64,000 nucleotides of DNA from Gemmatimonadales bacterium (GTDB lineage Bacteria > Gemmatimonadota > Gemmatimonadetes > Gemmatimonadales > GWC2-71-9), in the NCBI GenBank assembly GCA_046757925.1, contig JBHHZE010000009.1, positions 6,095 to 70,094 of the forward strand, written 5' to 3'. The notes below the pieces were generated by a model. The model had not been told where the DNA came from, did not search any database, and saw only the letters and a program-made list of their open reading frames with translations. Numbering within the stretch: the first letter of the stretch is position 1; each line of letters starts with the position of its first letter. A program made the translations under genes and the position numbers. Of the stretch, positions 28,104 to 37,106 are shown piece after piece.

Positions 28104-29365
28104 ACGTCCTCCACTGAAGTTGCAATATTGAGCAAACTTGTCTTGTCACCAGGTTCGGTAAGCAGAGCCTTGAGACGCTCGACTGCATCACCTGCCTTCG
28201 GGGTATTTACAGCTAGGCCTAGCGCCGCAATCCAGTCGGCATAGCCCCCAGGTTGTCGTCGACCGGCCTCCCCCCCCCGCCCCAAGCGGCGCCACAGCCC
28301 GGATACTATCAGGCTTGCGGCAGTATCGTGGCCATTAGATCGCTCCAACCCAATCGCCAATGCATCCAGGTGTTCGATCGAAGATCGCCGTTGCCTTTTG
28401 ACAACGCTGATGGCAGGTCCAAACCGGACAGCCAAGAACGCAATTGTAATGAGGCCGGCCCCCAGCAACTGCAACATGGACCAACCAGCTGGCGACGCGC
28501 GCATCCAGCGCCACGCCGCCCCAAAAATCGATCCGCCAACTCCGAAACCCTGGTGATATTCATCCACCATGACACTCGAAGGATCGTATTCGAGCATCCA
28601 CCCAACCACCGCCACCCCCACATCCGGTCTCTTGAGAAGCCGATTCGATACGAGCCGCGAGTCGGCAACGATCGTCGCTTGGCCACCCTTTCGGAAATTA
28701 AGTCTCACGACAACCGGCTGATCGTTTGTGGCCGCCAGAAGTGTGTCGATATCGAGGGGGAAAAGCGGTGCACACCCTGCTTCGTCCATGCTATCTCCGC
28801 GGTTCCGTTCAGCCGTCGGATCCATGTCCACAACAGCATTTGCGGCGAGCGCGGTGTTCTCGGAAAAAACTAGCATCCGAGAACTCGAATCGGGCTGGAA
28901 GGCCGATAGCGGGCGAACCCGAATCCCAAAACAGCGCTCAACGCCGTTACGTCCGGCGAGAAAGAGTGCACCACCACGAGCCACGTAATTCCGCAAACGA
29001 CGCTGCTCGGCACCAGTGGGAAGAGCGGGAACGTCCAGCAGCGCAAGTAGTTGCGCTGCCCTGATGGAACTGTCGGGATCCCAGTCGAACAACGCACTAC
29101 GCCTCGCGACTACCGGAACATCTAGTCGCTCCAATATCTCCGCCAACCCCTTCGAACCACCCGGGCCCGGTAGAAAAACCGAGCGACGCCGATCCCTGAG
29201 GACCTCCGCCCCTTGACCACGATCGCCAAGTAACACGGCCAGAATGATGCCAAGAGCCGCAAGGGGCAGAAGCCACAACTCACCGCGCCGCGATGCCACG
29301 TTCCAACTCCGATGCCAACCGATCGAATCTGAAGGCATCTCCCTCTGTACACGGGAATCCACCAA
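28061..29365 (-). CDS. DUF4350-like membrane protein
   Basis: 434 aa with an N-terminal TM (ELWLLPLAALGIILAVLL), a periplasmic-type domain (...VARGGALFLAG...) and a second TM (WSMLQLLGAGLITIAFLAV). The start is uncertain because the ORF overlaps the upstream gene by 86 nt. Confidence 0.55.
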   Translation of the reverse strand: MVDSRVQREMPSDSIGWHRSWNVASRRGELWLLPLAALGIILAVLLGDRGQGAEVLRDRRRSVFLPGPGGSKGLAEILERLDVPVVARRSALFDWDPDSSIRAAQLLALLDVPALPTGAEQRRLRNYVARGGALFLAGRNGVERCFGIRVRPLSAFQPDSSSRMLVFSENTALAANAVVDMDPTAERNRGDSMDEAGCAPLFPLDIDTLLAATNDQPVVVRLNFRKGGQATIVADSRLVSNRLLKRPDVGVAVVGWMLEYDPSSVMVDEYHQGFGVGGSIFGAAWRWMRASPAGWSMLQLLGAGLITIAFLAVRFGPAISVVKRQRRSSIEHLDALAIGLERSNGHDTAASLIVSGLWRRLGRGGEAGRRQPGGYADWIAALGLAVNTPKAGDAVERLKALLTEPGDKTSLLNIATSVEDVWEAMRFENRPSVS

Positions 29366-29900
29366 AGAGATAACCGTATAGGGCCGCTACGAGATCTCCC
29401 AGACGAACATGTTCTTCCTGTGACAGCTGTGCTTCGCGAAGGTACTCCGCCGGCGTCTTGGAGGGGTGAAACTGGAGCATTCGCCGCTCACTCAGGATTA
29501 GTGCCAGAGCCCTGAACCTGGCGACCATCGCCTCCGGGAATCTGCCGGCGGCTACCATCCGCTGTGACTCTCGAACATACCATTTCGCATCTCGAATTGG
29601 TGCCGTGCGTTTCGCGGCGAATCGTGTGGCGCGCTCGAGCGGGCGAAGCACACGCCACAAGATGTACCCGAAATGCGTCAGGATTGCGATCAGGACGGCC
29701 ACAAGGACCACGAGCAACACGTAATAGGCGATCGGATGGGTGCTCTGCAAACCCTCCATCGCAGCCATGATCCGGCGCCAATAGTCACTCACCATGCTCA
29801 ATAGGTTGCGCTGCCGCCACTGATACTCCGGTGCGGAAAACACCTCGCTCAGTATCGTCTTGATCGTATCTGGCGCAACTTGTTGCAGGGATGCCGTCAT
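29280..29900 (-). CDS. DUF4129-like membrane protein
   Basis: 206 aa with a TM helix (YYVLLVVLVAVLIAILTHFGYILW). The C-terminal helical domain ...TPAEYLREAQLSQEEHVRLGDLVAALYGYLFGG is typical of DUF4129. Confidence 0.55.
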   Translation of the reverse strand: MTASLQQVAPDTIKTILSEVFSAPEYQWRQRNLLSMVSDYWRRIMAAMEGLQSTHPIAYYVLLVVLVAVLIAILTHFGYILWRVLRPLERATRFAAKRTAPIRDAKWYVRESQRMVAAGRFPEAMVARFRALALILSERRMLQFHPSKTPAEYLREAQLSQEEHVRLGDLVAALYGYLFGGFPCTEGDAFRFDRLASELERGIAAR

Positions 29901-30733
29901 TCGCCCGACCGATCGAATCCCAATTGTTGACTCAGGTGCTCGAGGTCGAACGCCTCATTCCGCACGCGTAGATCGTAGTAGAGCAGTGTGAACGCGCAGG
30001 CAAAGATCGGGTAGACAATGAGCTGTAGGAATCCTCCAGCGGCTGCTATCACCACCTCCAAAGAGGGAACCAAGGCCCCGAGAACTCCTACAACCATGTA
30101 TGGAACGGCGAACAGAACCAACAAGACCACACCGAGCCCGAATGCCTTTCTCTTGAATCCCTTGGTAAGGGACCAAGATCTACGAAGGGCATCGGTGGCC
30201 GAGGTATCGTCCTCGAGAACAACCGCCTGCGTGACGACCGCATAGCCCGATGCCAAAATCACTACGGCTCCTAAGCCTGCAGCGACAGCGATAAGCAGGA
30301 TCATGACAGACGGAACGGACACCCCAGCGAGCGCGATCCCGACGCCTCCGATCGCGCCGGGAACGACCGCCGCCAGCCAGATGACGAAGTACTTCGCCAA
30401 TCCTGCAATGAAGAGCTTTGCCATCTTGGTAAGCGCAAACCTTAGCGATTCCCCCAGATCGGGCTCCATGCCCAGGTAGATCTCCGAAATCACCCATACC
30501 GTCGCAGCACCTGCCATCAGACCACCCACACTCAATAGCAGTACCCACAGCAGCAGAAGGACGGGATTTGCCAGTTCGATGCCCACGGCTGTTAGGTAGA
30601 CATTGAGTATCGTGGGGATTCCTGTCGTGATCACCGCGATTCCAACCAGCAGTCCGAAGTCGTGCCGATAGAGGGCAAAGGCTCCGTCGATTATTTCGCC
30701 GAACGACATTGCGCGTATCTCATAACTGGCCAT
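29897..30733 (-). CDS. Polytopic membrane protein, first gene of the MoxR operon
   Basis: About 278 aa counted from MASYEIRAMSFGEIIDGAFALYRHDF, with six or more hydrophobic helices. This N-terminal pattern recurs in uncharacterised membrane proteins sometimes annotated as a glycerophosphodiester-phosphodiesterase membrane domain. The ORF is open up to 30814. Confidence 0.5.
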   Translation of the reverse strand: MASYEIRAMSFGEIIDGAFALYRHDFGLLVGIAVITTGIPTILNVYLTAVGIELANPVLLLLWVLLLSVGGLMAGAATVWVISEIYLGMEPDLGESLRFALTKMAKLFIAGLAKYFVIWLAAVVPGAIGGVGIALAGVSVPSVMILLIAVAAGLGAVVILASGYAVVTQAVVLEDDTSATDALRRSWSLTKGFKRKAFGLGVVLLVLFAVPYMVVGVLGALVPSLEVVIAAAGGFLQLIVYPIFACAFTLLYYDLRVRNEAFDLEHLSQQLGFDRSGE

Positions 30734-30764
30734 GAGTCCTCCTCCACGATAAAATGCAGGCGTT

Positions 30765-32579
30765 ATGCCTCGAGCGCGACCCCAGATCGATCCCCAGTTC
30801 TCCCGCCGCCTCACCGTCGAGACCCCCGAACACGTGCACCTGGAGTTCGAACTGGCAGGCGTGGGGTCGCGTGCGGCGGCCGCGCTCTACGATTTCGCGA
30901 TTCAGGCCGCAATCCTGGTCATCGTGAGCCTTGCAGTCGGTATCAGCAACTTGGTTCCCAACGAATCGACTACGTGGGCCATGGCCGTGTTCATCTTCGT
31001 CTATTTTGTCATTCTCTGGGGGTATTTCGTTCTGTTCGAGGGCCTGAGAAATGGCCGCACTCCGGGCAAGAAGCTACTCGGTATCCGCGTTGTGATGGAG
31101 ACGGGTCATCCGGTTACCTTCCAAGCTGCGGCCGTGCGAAATCTCTTGAGAATCGCTGATTTCCAGCCGGCTGGAGTTCCCCTTCTGGGTCTTCTCCTGC
31201 TTTTCTTCGAACGCCACAATAAGCGGCTGGGCGATATTGTCGCGGGGACCATAGTAGTGCGTGACCAAGCCGTGGAAGCGACGACTCCAGCGTCAGAAGT
31301 GACCAACCAGAGCACCATCGAAACCGGTCCTCCTTTGCTCACTGACAAGGAGTTTCAACTCCTCGAACGATACTTCAGCAGGATCGATTCCCTTCCGGCG
31401 CAACTACAGATCCGGTTCGGCATAGACCTCGCCAGACGGTTCGCAGATCGCTTCCCCGAACGAGACCCGCAAGCAAAGGTGTTTCTTACGGAGCTTTATG
31501 ATGCGGAGCGGATGAGACGCACCAGTGTGAGCGCTACGCGAAAGAAAAAAGGTGCAGTCCGAATAGTCGCCGCTGGTGAACGATTCGTCACGACACGGCA
31601 AGAAACGTGGCATCGCTTCAACCAGCGAGCCGCCCAATTGCAGAGGTCGGGACTCACGGGGATGAGCGGCAACGAGATCACGGCATTCGCAGCGGAGTAT
31701 CGCGCGGTGGCCGCGGATCTTGCGCGCGCACGAACCTACGGTGTTGATCAGAGAGTTGTGAAACGGCTGGAGCAAATTGTAAGCGCGGGACACAATGTTC
31801 TCTACGGCTTACGTGGCGTGCGACGAATCTCGCTAGGTAGGATGTTCTTTCGCAACCTCCCAGCCGCCGTCGTGCAAGCTCGATCTTACGTCTTAACCGC
31901 ATTCTTGTTGTTTGCGCTCTCCGCTGCCGTCGGGTTCTTGCTGATACGAGAGCGACCTTCGCTCGCCGCGGAGATTATGCCCCCCGTTGTTCTCGCCAGG
32001 GCTGAAGCCGGGATCGACCAGAGAGCCGAAGGACGGGGATACGCTCAAGCGCCCTCTCCCTACCTCCCGGTGGTCGCATCCAGCATAGTGGCCAACAACG
32101 TGCAGGTGGCCTTTGGCGCGTTCGCGTTGGGCATCACTGCCGGCATCGGCACACTCGCCGTACTGGTGTTCAACGGATTGTTCTTCGGATCGATCCTCGG
32201 CGTATTTGCCAACTACGGACTCGCCGGCTGGCTGCTCACGTTCGTGGCAGGCCACGGCATTCTCGAACTCACGGCAATCTTTGTGGCCGGTGGAGCGGGA
32301 CTTCTGATCGGCCGCGCGCTGATCGCGCCCGGGGATCTGGCCCGTCGTGATGCACTCGTAGTGCACGGCCGCCTTGCGATAAGGATGGTCGGGGCGTCGG
32401 CCTCCCTGCTACTGCTGGCGGGAATTATCGAGGGCTTCCTGTCGGCGAGCGATGCGCCGAGTGCGCTAAAGTTCACCGTCAGCGCCGCAAGCGCCGTGCT
32501 GCTCATCCTCTACTTCAAGGCAGGGAGAGAGGCCCAGAGGGAGTTCCTGCGACAGAACGAGATCTGCATTCCCGGGTAA
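30765..32579 (+). CDS. RDD-family domain fused to a SpoIIM-like (DUF95) membrane domain
   Basis: 604 aa. The N-terminal RDD-type region reads ...FEGLRNGRTPGKKLLGIRVV...AAVRNLLRIAD. The C-terminal SpoIIM-like region reads ...NNVQVAFGAFALGITAGIGTLAVLVFNGLFFGSILG...GHGILELTAIFVAGGAGL. It is divergent from the MoxR operon with about 31 bp between the likely starts. Confidence 0.65.
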   Translation: MPRARPQIDPQFSRRLTVETPEHVHLEFELAGVGSRAAAALYDFAIQAAILVIVSLAVGISNLVPNESTTWAMAVFIFVYFVILWGYFVLFEGLRNGRTPGKKLLGIRVVMETGHPVTFQAAAVRNLLRIADFQPAGVPLLGLLLLFFERHNKRLGDIVAGTIVVRDQAVEATTPASEVTNQSTIETGPPLLTDKEFQLLERYFSRIDSLPAQLQIRFGIDLARRFADRFPERDPQAKVFLTELYDAERMRRTSVSATRKKKGAVRIVAAGERFVTTRQETWHRFNQRAAQLQRSGLTGMSGNEITAFAAEYRAVAADLARARTYGVDQRVVKRLEQIVSAGHNVLYGLRGVRRISLGRMFFRNLPAAVVQARSYVLTAFLLFALSAAVGFLLIRERPSLAAEIMPPVVLARAEAGIDQRAEGRGYAQAPSPYLPVVASSIVANNVQVAFGAFALGITAGIGTLAVLVFNGLFFGSILGVFANYGLAGWLLTFVAGHGILELTAIFVAGGAGLLIGRALIAPGDLARRDALVVHGRLAIRMVGASASLLLLAGIIEGFLSASDAPSALKFTVSAASAVLLILYFKAGREAQREFLRQNEICIPG

Positions 32580-32660
32580 CCAACCCCGTCCGCTTCTGGG
32601 AATTGCTATCCCACGAGCGGACATCCCCCGTTGCCACGACGACGTAGTGCCATCGGGTAA

Positions 32661-32728
32661 ACACATGTGTGACAATTAGTTAGGTGCAGCGTGCACCGGG
32701 CACGTCCGTTGCCATTGAAACCAATGGC
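32661..32728. promoter_or_regulatory. Three short palindromes clustered upstream of the adaptor/ABC pair (candidate operator sites)
   Basis: ACACATGTGT (32661-32670), GGTGCA-GCG-TGCACC (32683-32697) and GCCATTG-AAAC-CAATGGC (32711-32728). All lie within 110 bp of the start at 32769. Confidence 0.3.
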
Positions 32729-32768
32729 TGCGTAACCACGTCAAAGCAGGAGAGAAGGAGAACTCCCT

Positions 32769-34019
32769 GTGGACATCGCCAGAGAACCACCGTCAAAGCG
32801 GAAGAAATACATCCCGGCTGGCATTGCTCTAGCCGCGGTCGTCCTGACTACTATCGGCTTGTCCCGGCTCAAGCCGGCAGCTCCCACGGTTGACGGTGCG
32901 ACGATTTGGATGGATACCGTCGAGCAGGGCCAGATGTTGATCCAAGTGCGGGGACCTGGCACACTGGTGCCGGAGCAGATTCGCTGGATCCCGGCCGAGA
33001 CACCGGGCCGAGTGGAGCGCAAGCTGGTTCAGCCGGGGACTGAAGTCACTGCGCAAACTCTGTTGGTGGAACTCAACAACCCCGACGTTCAGTTGCAACT
33101 GTTGGAATCGGAGCGGCAGCTTTCGGCGGCACAGCAGCAATTGGTGACGCTGAGATCGAACTTGGAGACACAGCGCCTCAATCAGGAGGCCACGATCGCA
33201 CAGATACGCTCTCAACGACTCGAGGCCAAGCGCAATGCGGAGGCCCTTACCGAGCTGTCAAAGAAGGGAGAGGGATTCGTCTCGGAAACCGAGCTTCAGA
33301 CCGCACTCGAACGTGCCACCGAGTTCGATACCAGGCTCGACTTGGAAACCAGGCGGCTCCAGGTAATGCAGGCTTCGGAAAAACCTCAGCTCCGAGTGCA
33401 GCAAGACCAGATCGAGAGGCTGACAAGCATCGTCGCTTTCCAGAATCGGCGCATCGCATCGATGCAAGTGAAAGCCGGCATCGACGGAGTCCTGCAAGAG
33501 ATGGATCTGGAGGAAGGCCAGTGGGTGCAAAACGGACAGACCCTGGCGCGTGTGGTGGTGCCCGGCCGGTTGAAGGCGGAGATACGCATCCCACAAACCC
33601 AGGCCAGAAATGTCGCGCTTGGCCAGGTGGCTCTCGTGGACACTCGGACCGACTCGATAGTGGGTCAGGTCGTCCGCATCGATCCGGCCGCACAGGATGG
33701 AGTGGTGGTCGTCGACGTGGCACTGCCACCCGACCTACCGCGGAGTGCACGGCCTGGACTGGCAGTCGAGGGAATCGTGGAGATAGAACGATTGGACAAT
33801 GTGCTGTACGTGGGTAGACCCACGTACGGGCAAGCGCATAGCACAGTGGGGATTTTCAAGTTGGTCGAAGGCGGCGACTATGCGGAGCGTGTAAACGTGA
33901 GGTTGGGCCGAAGTTCCGTCACCACCGTCGAAGTCACAGCCGGTCTAAGAGTGGGTGATATCGTTATCCTCACCGACATGTCCCAGTGGGACGCCTACGA
34001 TCGTGTTCGAATCCGCTAA
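32769..34019 (+). CDS. HlyD/MacA-type periplasmic adaptor subunit
   Basis: 416 aa with an N-terminal TM (IPAGIALAAVVLTTIGL), a lipoyl-like hairpin (...GRVERKLVQPGTEVTAQTLLVELNNPD), a long coiled coil and a beta-barrel domain. Confidence 0.8.
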   Translation: MDIAREPPSKRKKYIPAGIALAAVVLTTIGLSRLKPAAPTVDGATIWMDTVEQGQMLIQVRGPGTLVPEQIRWIPAETPGRVERKLVQPGTEVTAQTLLVELNNPDVQLQLLESERQLSAAQQQLVTLRSNLETQRLNQEATIAQIRSQRLEAKRNAEALTELSKKGEGFVSETELQTALERATEFDTRLDLETRRLQVMQASEKPQLRVQQDQIERLTSIVAFQNRRIASMQVKAGIDGVLQEMDLEEGQWVQNGQTLARVVVPGRLKAEIRIPQTQARNVALGQVALVDTRTDSIVGQVVRIDPAAQDGVVVVDVALPPDLPRSARPGLAVEGIVEIERLDNVLYVGRPTYGQAHSTVGIFKLVEGGDYAERVNVRLGRSSVTTVEVTAGLRVGDIVILTDMSQWDAYDRVRIR

Positions 34020-34058
34020 TTAGAGAGTTCAATCTACGGTGAATAGAGGGAGAGGGTT

Positions 34059-34808
34059 ATGGAGAACCAAAACGAGTCGCTGATCAAGCTCGATGGAGTC
34101 AGGAAGGTGTTCTACACCGACGAGGTCGAGACACACGCACTTTCGGAGATTCACCTGGATATTCGCGAAGGCGAGTACGTCGCCATAGCCGGTCCATCCG
34201 GGTGCGGCAAGACTACGCTGTTATCGATCCTGGGGCTTCTGGACACCCCGACAGCGGGGGCATACACCCTTGCCGGAACACCCGTTGCCAACATATCGGC
34301 GTCGCAGCGCGCAAGGATCAGGAACCGTCAGATCGGCTTTATCTTCCAGGCTTTCAATCTCATCGGCGATCTCACCGTATTCGAGAACGTAGAGCTACCC
34401 CTCACCTACCGTGACATGCCCTCGGCAGAACGGAGGAAGCGCGTGCAGGAGGCGCTGGAGAAGGTGGGTATGTCGCACCGGATGAAACACTACCCCTCAC
34501 AACTGTCCGGTGGCCAGCAGCAGCGTGTGGCAGTAGCGCGCTCTGTCGCCGGTGATCCCGCCATCCTGCTGGCCGACGAGCCCACGGGAAACCTGGACTC
34601 CACTAACGGTGAGGCGGTAATGCAGCTGTTGACCGATCTCCACCGCGAGGGTGCGACGATCTGCATGGTGACACACGACCCGCGCTACGCCGAGTATTCC
34701 GACCGCAGTATCCACCTGTTCGATGGACGGGTTGTTGAGGACGAGTCTGGTGTGAGCGCTAGGGACCACGAGCAGAAGCTCGAGGAGAGCGGTTTCGAAA
34801 TGGCCTAG
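34059..34808 (+). CDS. ABC transporter ATP-binding protein (MacB/LolD-like)
   Basis: Walker A GPSGCGKTT, signature LSGGQQQRVAVAR, Walker [13 protein letters not shown] and H-loop VTHD. Confidence 0.9.
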   Translation: MENQNESLIKLDGVRKVFYTDEVETHALSEIHLDIREGEYVAIAGPSGCGKTTLLSILGLLDTPTAGAYTLAGTPVANISASQRARIRNRQIGFIFQAFNLIGDLTVFENVELPLTYRDMPSAERRKRVQEALEKVGMSHRMKHYPSQLSGGQQQRVAVARSVAGDPAILLADEPTGNLDSTNGEAVMQLLTDLHREGATICMVTHDPRYAEYSDRSIHLFDGRVVEDESGVSARDHEQKLEESGFEMA

Positions 34809-34882
34809 CCAGGGCGGGCCACAGGGAGGGCAGTCCGCTGGGCGCTTGGCCGCGGGCTGTCGGCTCGCCCTCGCATCATACC

Positions 34883-34919
34883 AGTCACCGGTGAGCCGGC
34901 AACATCCTCACCGGTGACT
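34883..34919. terminator. Perfect 12-bp inverted repeat between convergent genes (probable bidirectional terminator hairpin)
   Basis: AGTCACCGGTGA (34883-34894), a 13-nt loop, then TCACCGGTGACT (34908-34919). It lies between the ABC gene stop (34808) and the DUF2911 gene stop (34936). There is no clear U-tract. Confidence 0.5.
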
Positions 34920-34935
34920 CATGGCGTTCGTCCCC

Positions 34936-35535
34936 TCAGTTTGTGACGCTGAGGGGGACTTCGACCCGGGTATTCTCCCACTCCAATACCATTGTGGCGT
35001 TCCCACCGGGCTCGGATTTGGCACGAATCGTAAACGTCTCTACATAGTGTTCCGTGTGCACACTCGACACTCTGGTACGACCGACCTCCTGGGCCCGGAC
35101 GGCATCCGTGTAGTTCCTCTCGGCCCCCCACTGGCTAGTGGAACGATTGACGATCACCTCCCACTCCTTCTCGCCGGGCACCGTGTAGAGAGAATAGGTT
35201 CCGGGCCCAATGTGAATATTGCCAACATCCAGTGCGATAGTCGTATGGATCATGGCGGGTTCGTTGGCGCCAGTTCTCCAAATCGATCCAAACGGCACGT
35301 GGTCACTGCCAATCATCTTACGGCCTCGAGCCGACGGCCTCCCGTAGCAGACTTTTGCCACACCACCTCCAAGCGCAATAGTCACCGAATCCAACGGGCT
35401 TCGACGAGTTGCGAAATCTGCCGGGTTCATGACAATGCAGGCCGTATCGGCCACTACACCTCCGGTGGCATACACACTACCACCGACTATCCACGTGGCA
35501 ATGACGAACAACGATGCTGTGCTTGCTAGAATCAC
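34936..35535 (-). CDS. DUF2911-domain protein
   Basis: 199 aa with an N-terminal signal. The sequence ...VCYGRPSARGRKMIGSDHVPFGSIWRTGANEPAMIHTTIALDVGNIHIGPGTYSLYTVPGEKEWEVIVN... matches the DUF2911 pattern. Confidence 0.75.
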   Translation of the reverse strand: MILASTASLFVIATWIVGGSVYATGGVVADTACIVMNPADFATRRSPLDSVTIALGGGVAKVCYGRPSARGRKMIGSDHVPFGSIWRTGANEPAMIHTTIALDVGNIHIGPGTYSLYTVPGEKEWEVIVNRSTSQWGAERNYTDAVRAQEVGRTRVSSVHTEHYVETFTIRAKSEPGGNATMVLEWENTRVEVPLSVTN

Positions 35536-35734
35536 GGAACCTCCGTCCTCGGGGTTACACGGCGTTGGGACAACTTCCGGCAGTGACGAAATCTACGGTG
35601 ACACCGGGTTCGCGAACATCCCCCCACAATATCCGATTCCTGTACAATGCAATTCGGCCAACGAACACATCCCGCTTCAACCAACAGATGAAACCGCATA
35701 ACCATTTAATGCGTATTGTCTTATACAGCACAGT

Positions 35735-35754
35735 CGCTGGGCATATGCCCAGCG
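35735..35754. promoter_or_regulatory. Perfect 20-bp palindrome about 43 bp upstream of the kinase start
   Basis: CGCTGGGCATATGCCCAGCG at 35735-35754, preceded by an AT-rich stretch (ttaatgcgtattgtcttatacagc). Confidence 0.4.
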
Positions 35755-35796
35755 TTGCTGAGTTGCCGGTCGGCTTTTCTGGACAAGAGGAAAACT

Positions 35797-36780
35797 ATGG
35801 TTATTGAGAGTCACGTGCTCACGGAGGTACTGCATGCAGCGGATCGGGCCACATCTCCCGCCGCCGTGCGGGTCCTTGCCAGGCTCTCAGAGCGCTACGC
35901 CGTGGACCGGGAGTTGGGCCGCGGAGGCATGGGGATCGTGTACGTGGCCCGCGATGTCAAGCTGGGTCGCCAAGTAGCCATCAAAGTCCTCGATCCCACA
36001 CTTTGCGACCAGTTGGGCCAGGATCGCTTTCTCCGAGAGATTCGCCTGACTGCTAGCCTACAGCACCCGCATATTCTGCCCGTCTTGGATTCCGGTTGCA
36101 TGAGCGGGACGGTGTACTACGTCAGCCCGTGCCTGGCAGAGGGCTCGCTCTATTCTCTGCTCCGGACAGAGGGACGGCTACCCGTCGAACACGCACTTCG
36201 GATTGGCCTCGACATCTTGGAGGCACTCGCATACGCCCATTGCGAGGGAGTCGTACATTGCGACCTCAAACCGGAGAATATCCTTCTGTCGAACGGTCAC
36301 GCTATCCTTGCAGACTTCGGCATTGCTCGAACCATGAATTCGTTAACCCGAGAAGCGCTGGGCCACGTATGGGGTAGTCCGGTATACATGAGTCCGGAGC
36401 AAGCCGTCGGGGAAGTGGATCTGGATGGTCGCAGTGACGTCTACAGCATGGCATGCGTCCTATACGAAACGCTCACCGGAACTCCGCCATTCGCCGGAAG
36501 CAGCCCCAGAGCGATCATTGCAAGGAAATTCAGTGCTCCACCTCCCGAGTTACGCACTCCCGGGTCGCGCATACCCCACCCGGTTGTCGCCGCCGTCGTC
36601 CGTGCGCTGGCAATAGATCCGGCGGAACGGTTTACCACAGCGCGCGGGTTCGCAGACGAGCTCAGTCGTGGCTTCAGGAACACCTCACGCGATCGGGCTC
36701 CATCTCGCCGCCGGTGGCAGCCCACGATCACAACCCTGATTGGTTCGGCCACGCTGGCGGCACTTGCGCTTCTGGCCTAG
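35797..36780 (+). CDS. Serine/threonine protein kinase with a C-terminal TM anchor
   Basis: VAIKVL (the VAIK lysine), the catalytic loop HCDLKPENILL, DFG (LADFGIAR) and SPEQ. The C-terminus is hydrophobic (TTLIGSATLAALALLA). The ATG at 35797 is preferred over the ORF start at 35716. Confidence 0.85.
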   Translation: MVIESHVLTEVLHAADRATSPAAVRVLARLSERYAVDRELGRGGMGIVYVARDVKLGRQVAIKVLDPTLCDQLGQDRFLREIRLTASLQHPHILPVLDSGCMSGTVYYVSPCLAEGSLYSLLRTEGRLPVEHALRIGLDILEALAYAHCEGVVHCDLKPENILLSNGHAILADFGIARTMNSLTREALGHVWGSPVYMSPEQAVGEVDLDGRSDVYSMACVLYETLTGTPPFAGSSPRAIIARKFSAPPPELRTPGSRIPHPVVAAVVRALAIDPAERFTTARGFADELSRGFRNTSRDRAPSRRRWQPTITTLIGSATLAALALLA

Positions 36781-36820
36781 TCGCTCGAGGGGAGCAACGA
36801 TCTAGGAGGATTCACGAGCG

Positions 36821-37006
36821 ATGCAAGCGTCGCTGGATCAGCCATGGTTCGTGGATCGCGTTTGCGCCCTTGGTATAGAGAACGGCTGGCGCCCGATCCC
36901 GCGAACCCGAGATACCTGGTCCCGGTCACCGGATGAGGTCGCACCCTGGAGCAACGAAGATGTGATAGAGCGCACGGTCGCCCCGTCGCATTACACTACA
37001 TTGTAA
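36821..37006 (+). CDS. Possible small Trp-rich protein (61 aa); very uncertain
   Basis: An ATG ORF preceded by AGGAGG (36803-36808). It contains 4 Trp in 61 residues and I recognise no family for it. Confidence 0.2.
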   Translation: MQASLDQPWFVDRVCALGIENGWRPIPRTRDTWSRSPDEVAPWSNEDVIERTVAPSHYTTL

Positions 37007-37106
37007 GGCCAAACGCACGGTGAGTTGAGGCTGGGCCACCACTGCACGGTGGCGCTAAGCCCTTATTGTTCAATAACTTGACTTTTACTCCAGGAACGGC
37101 AGGAGC

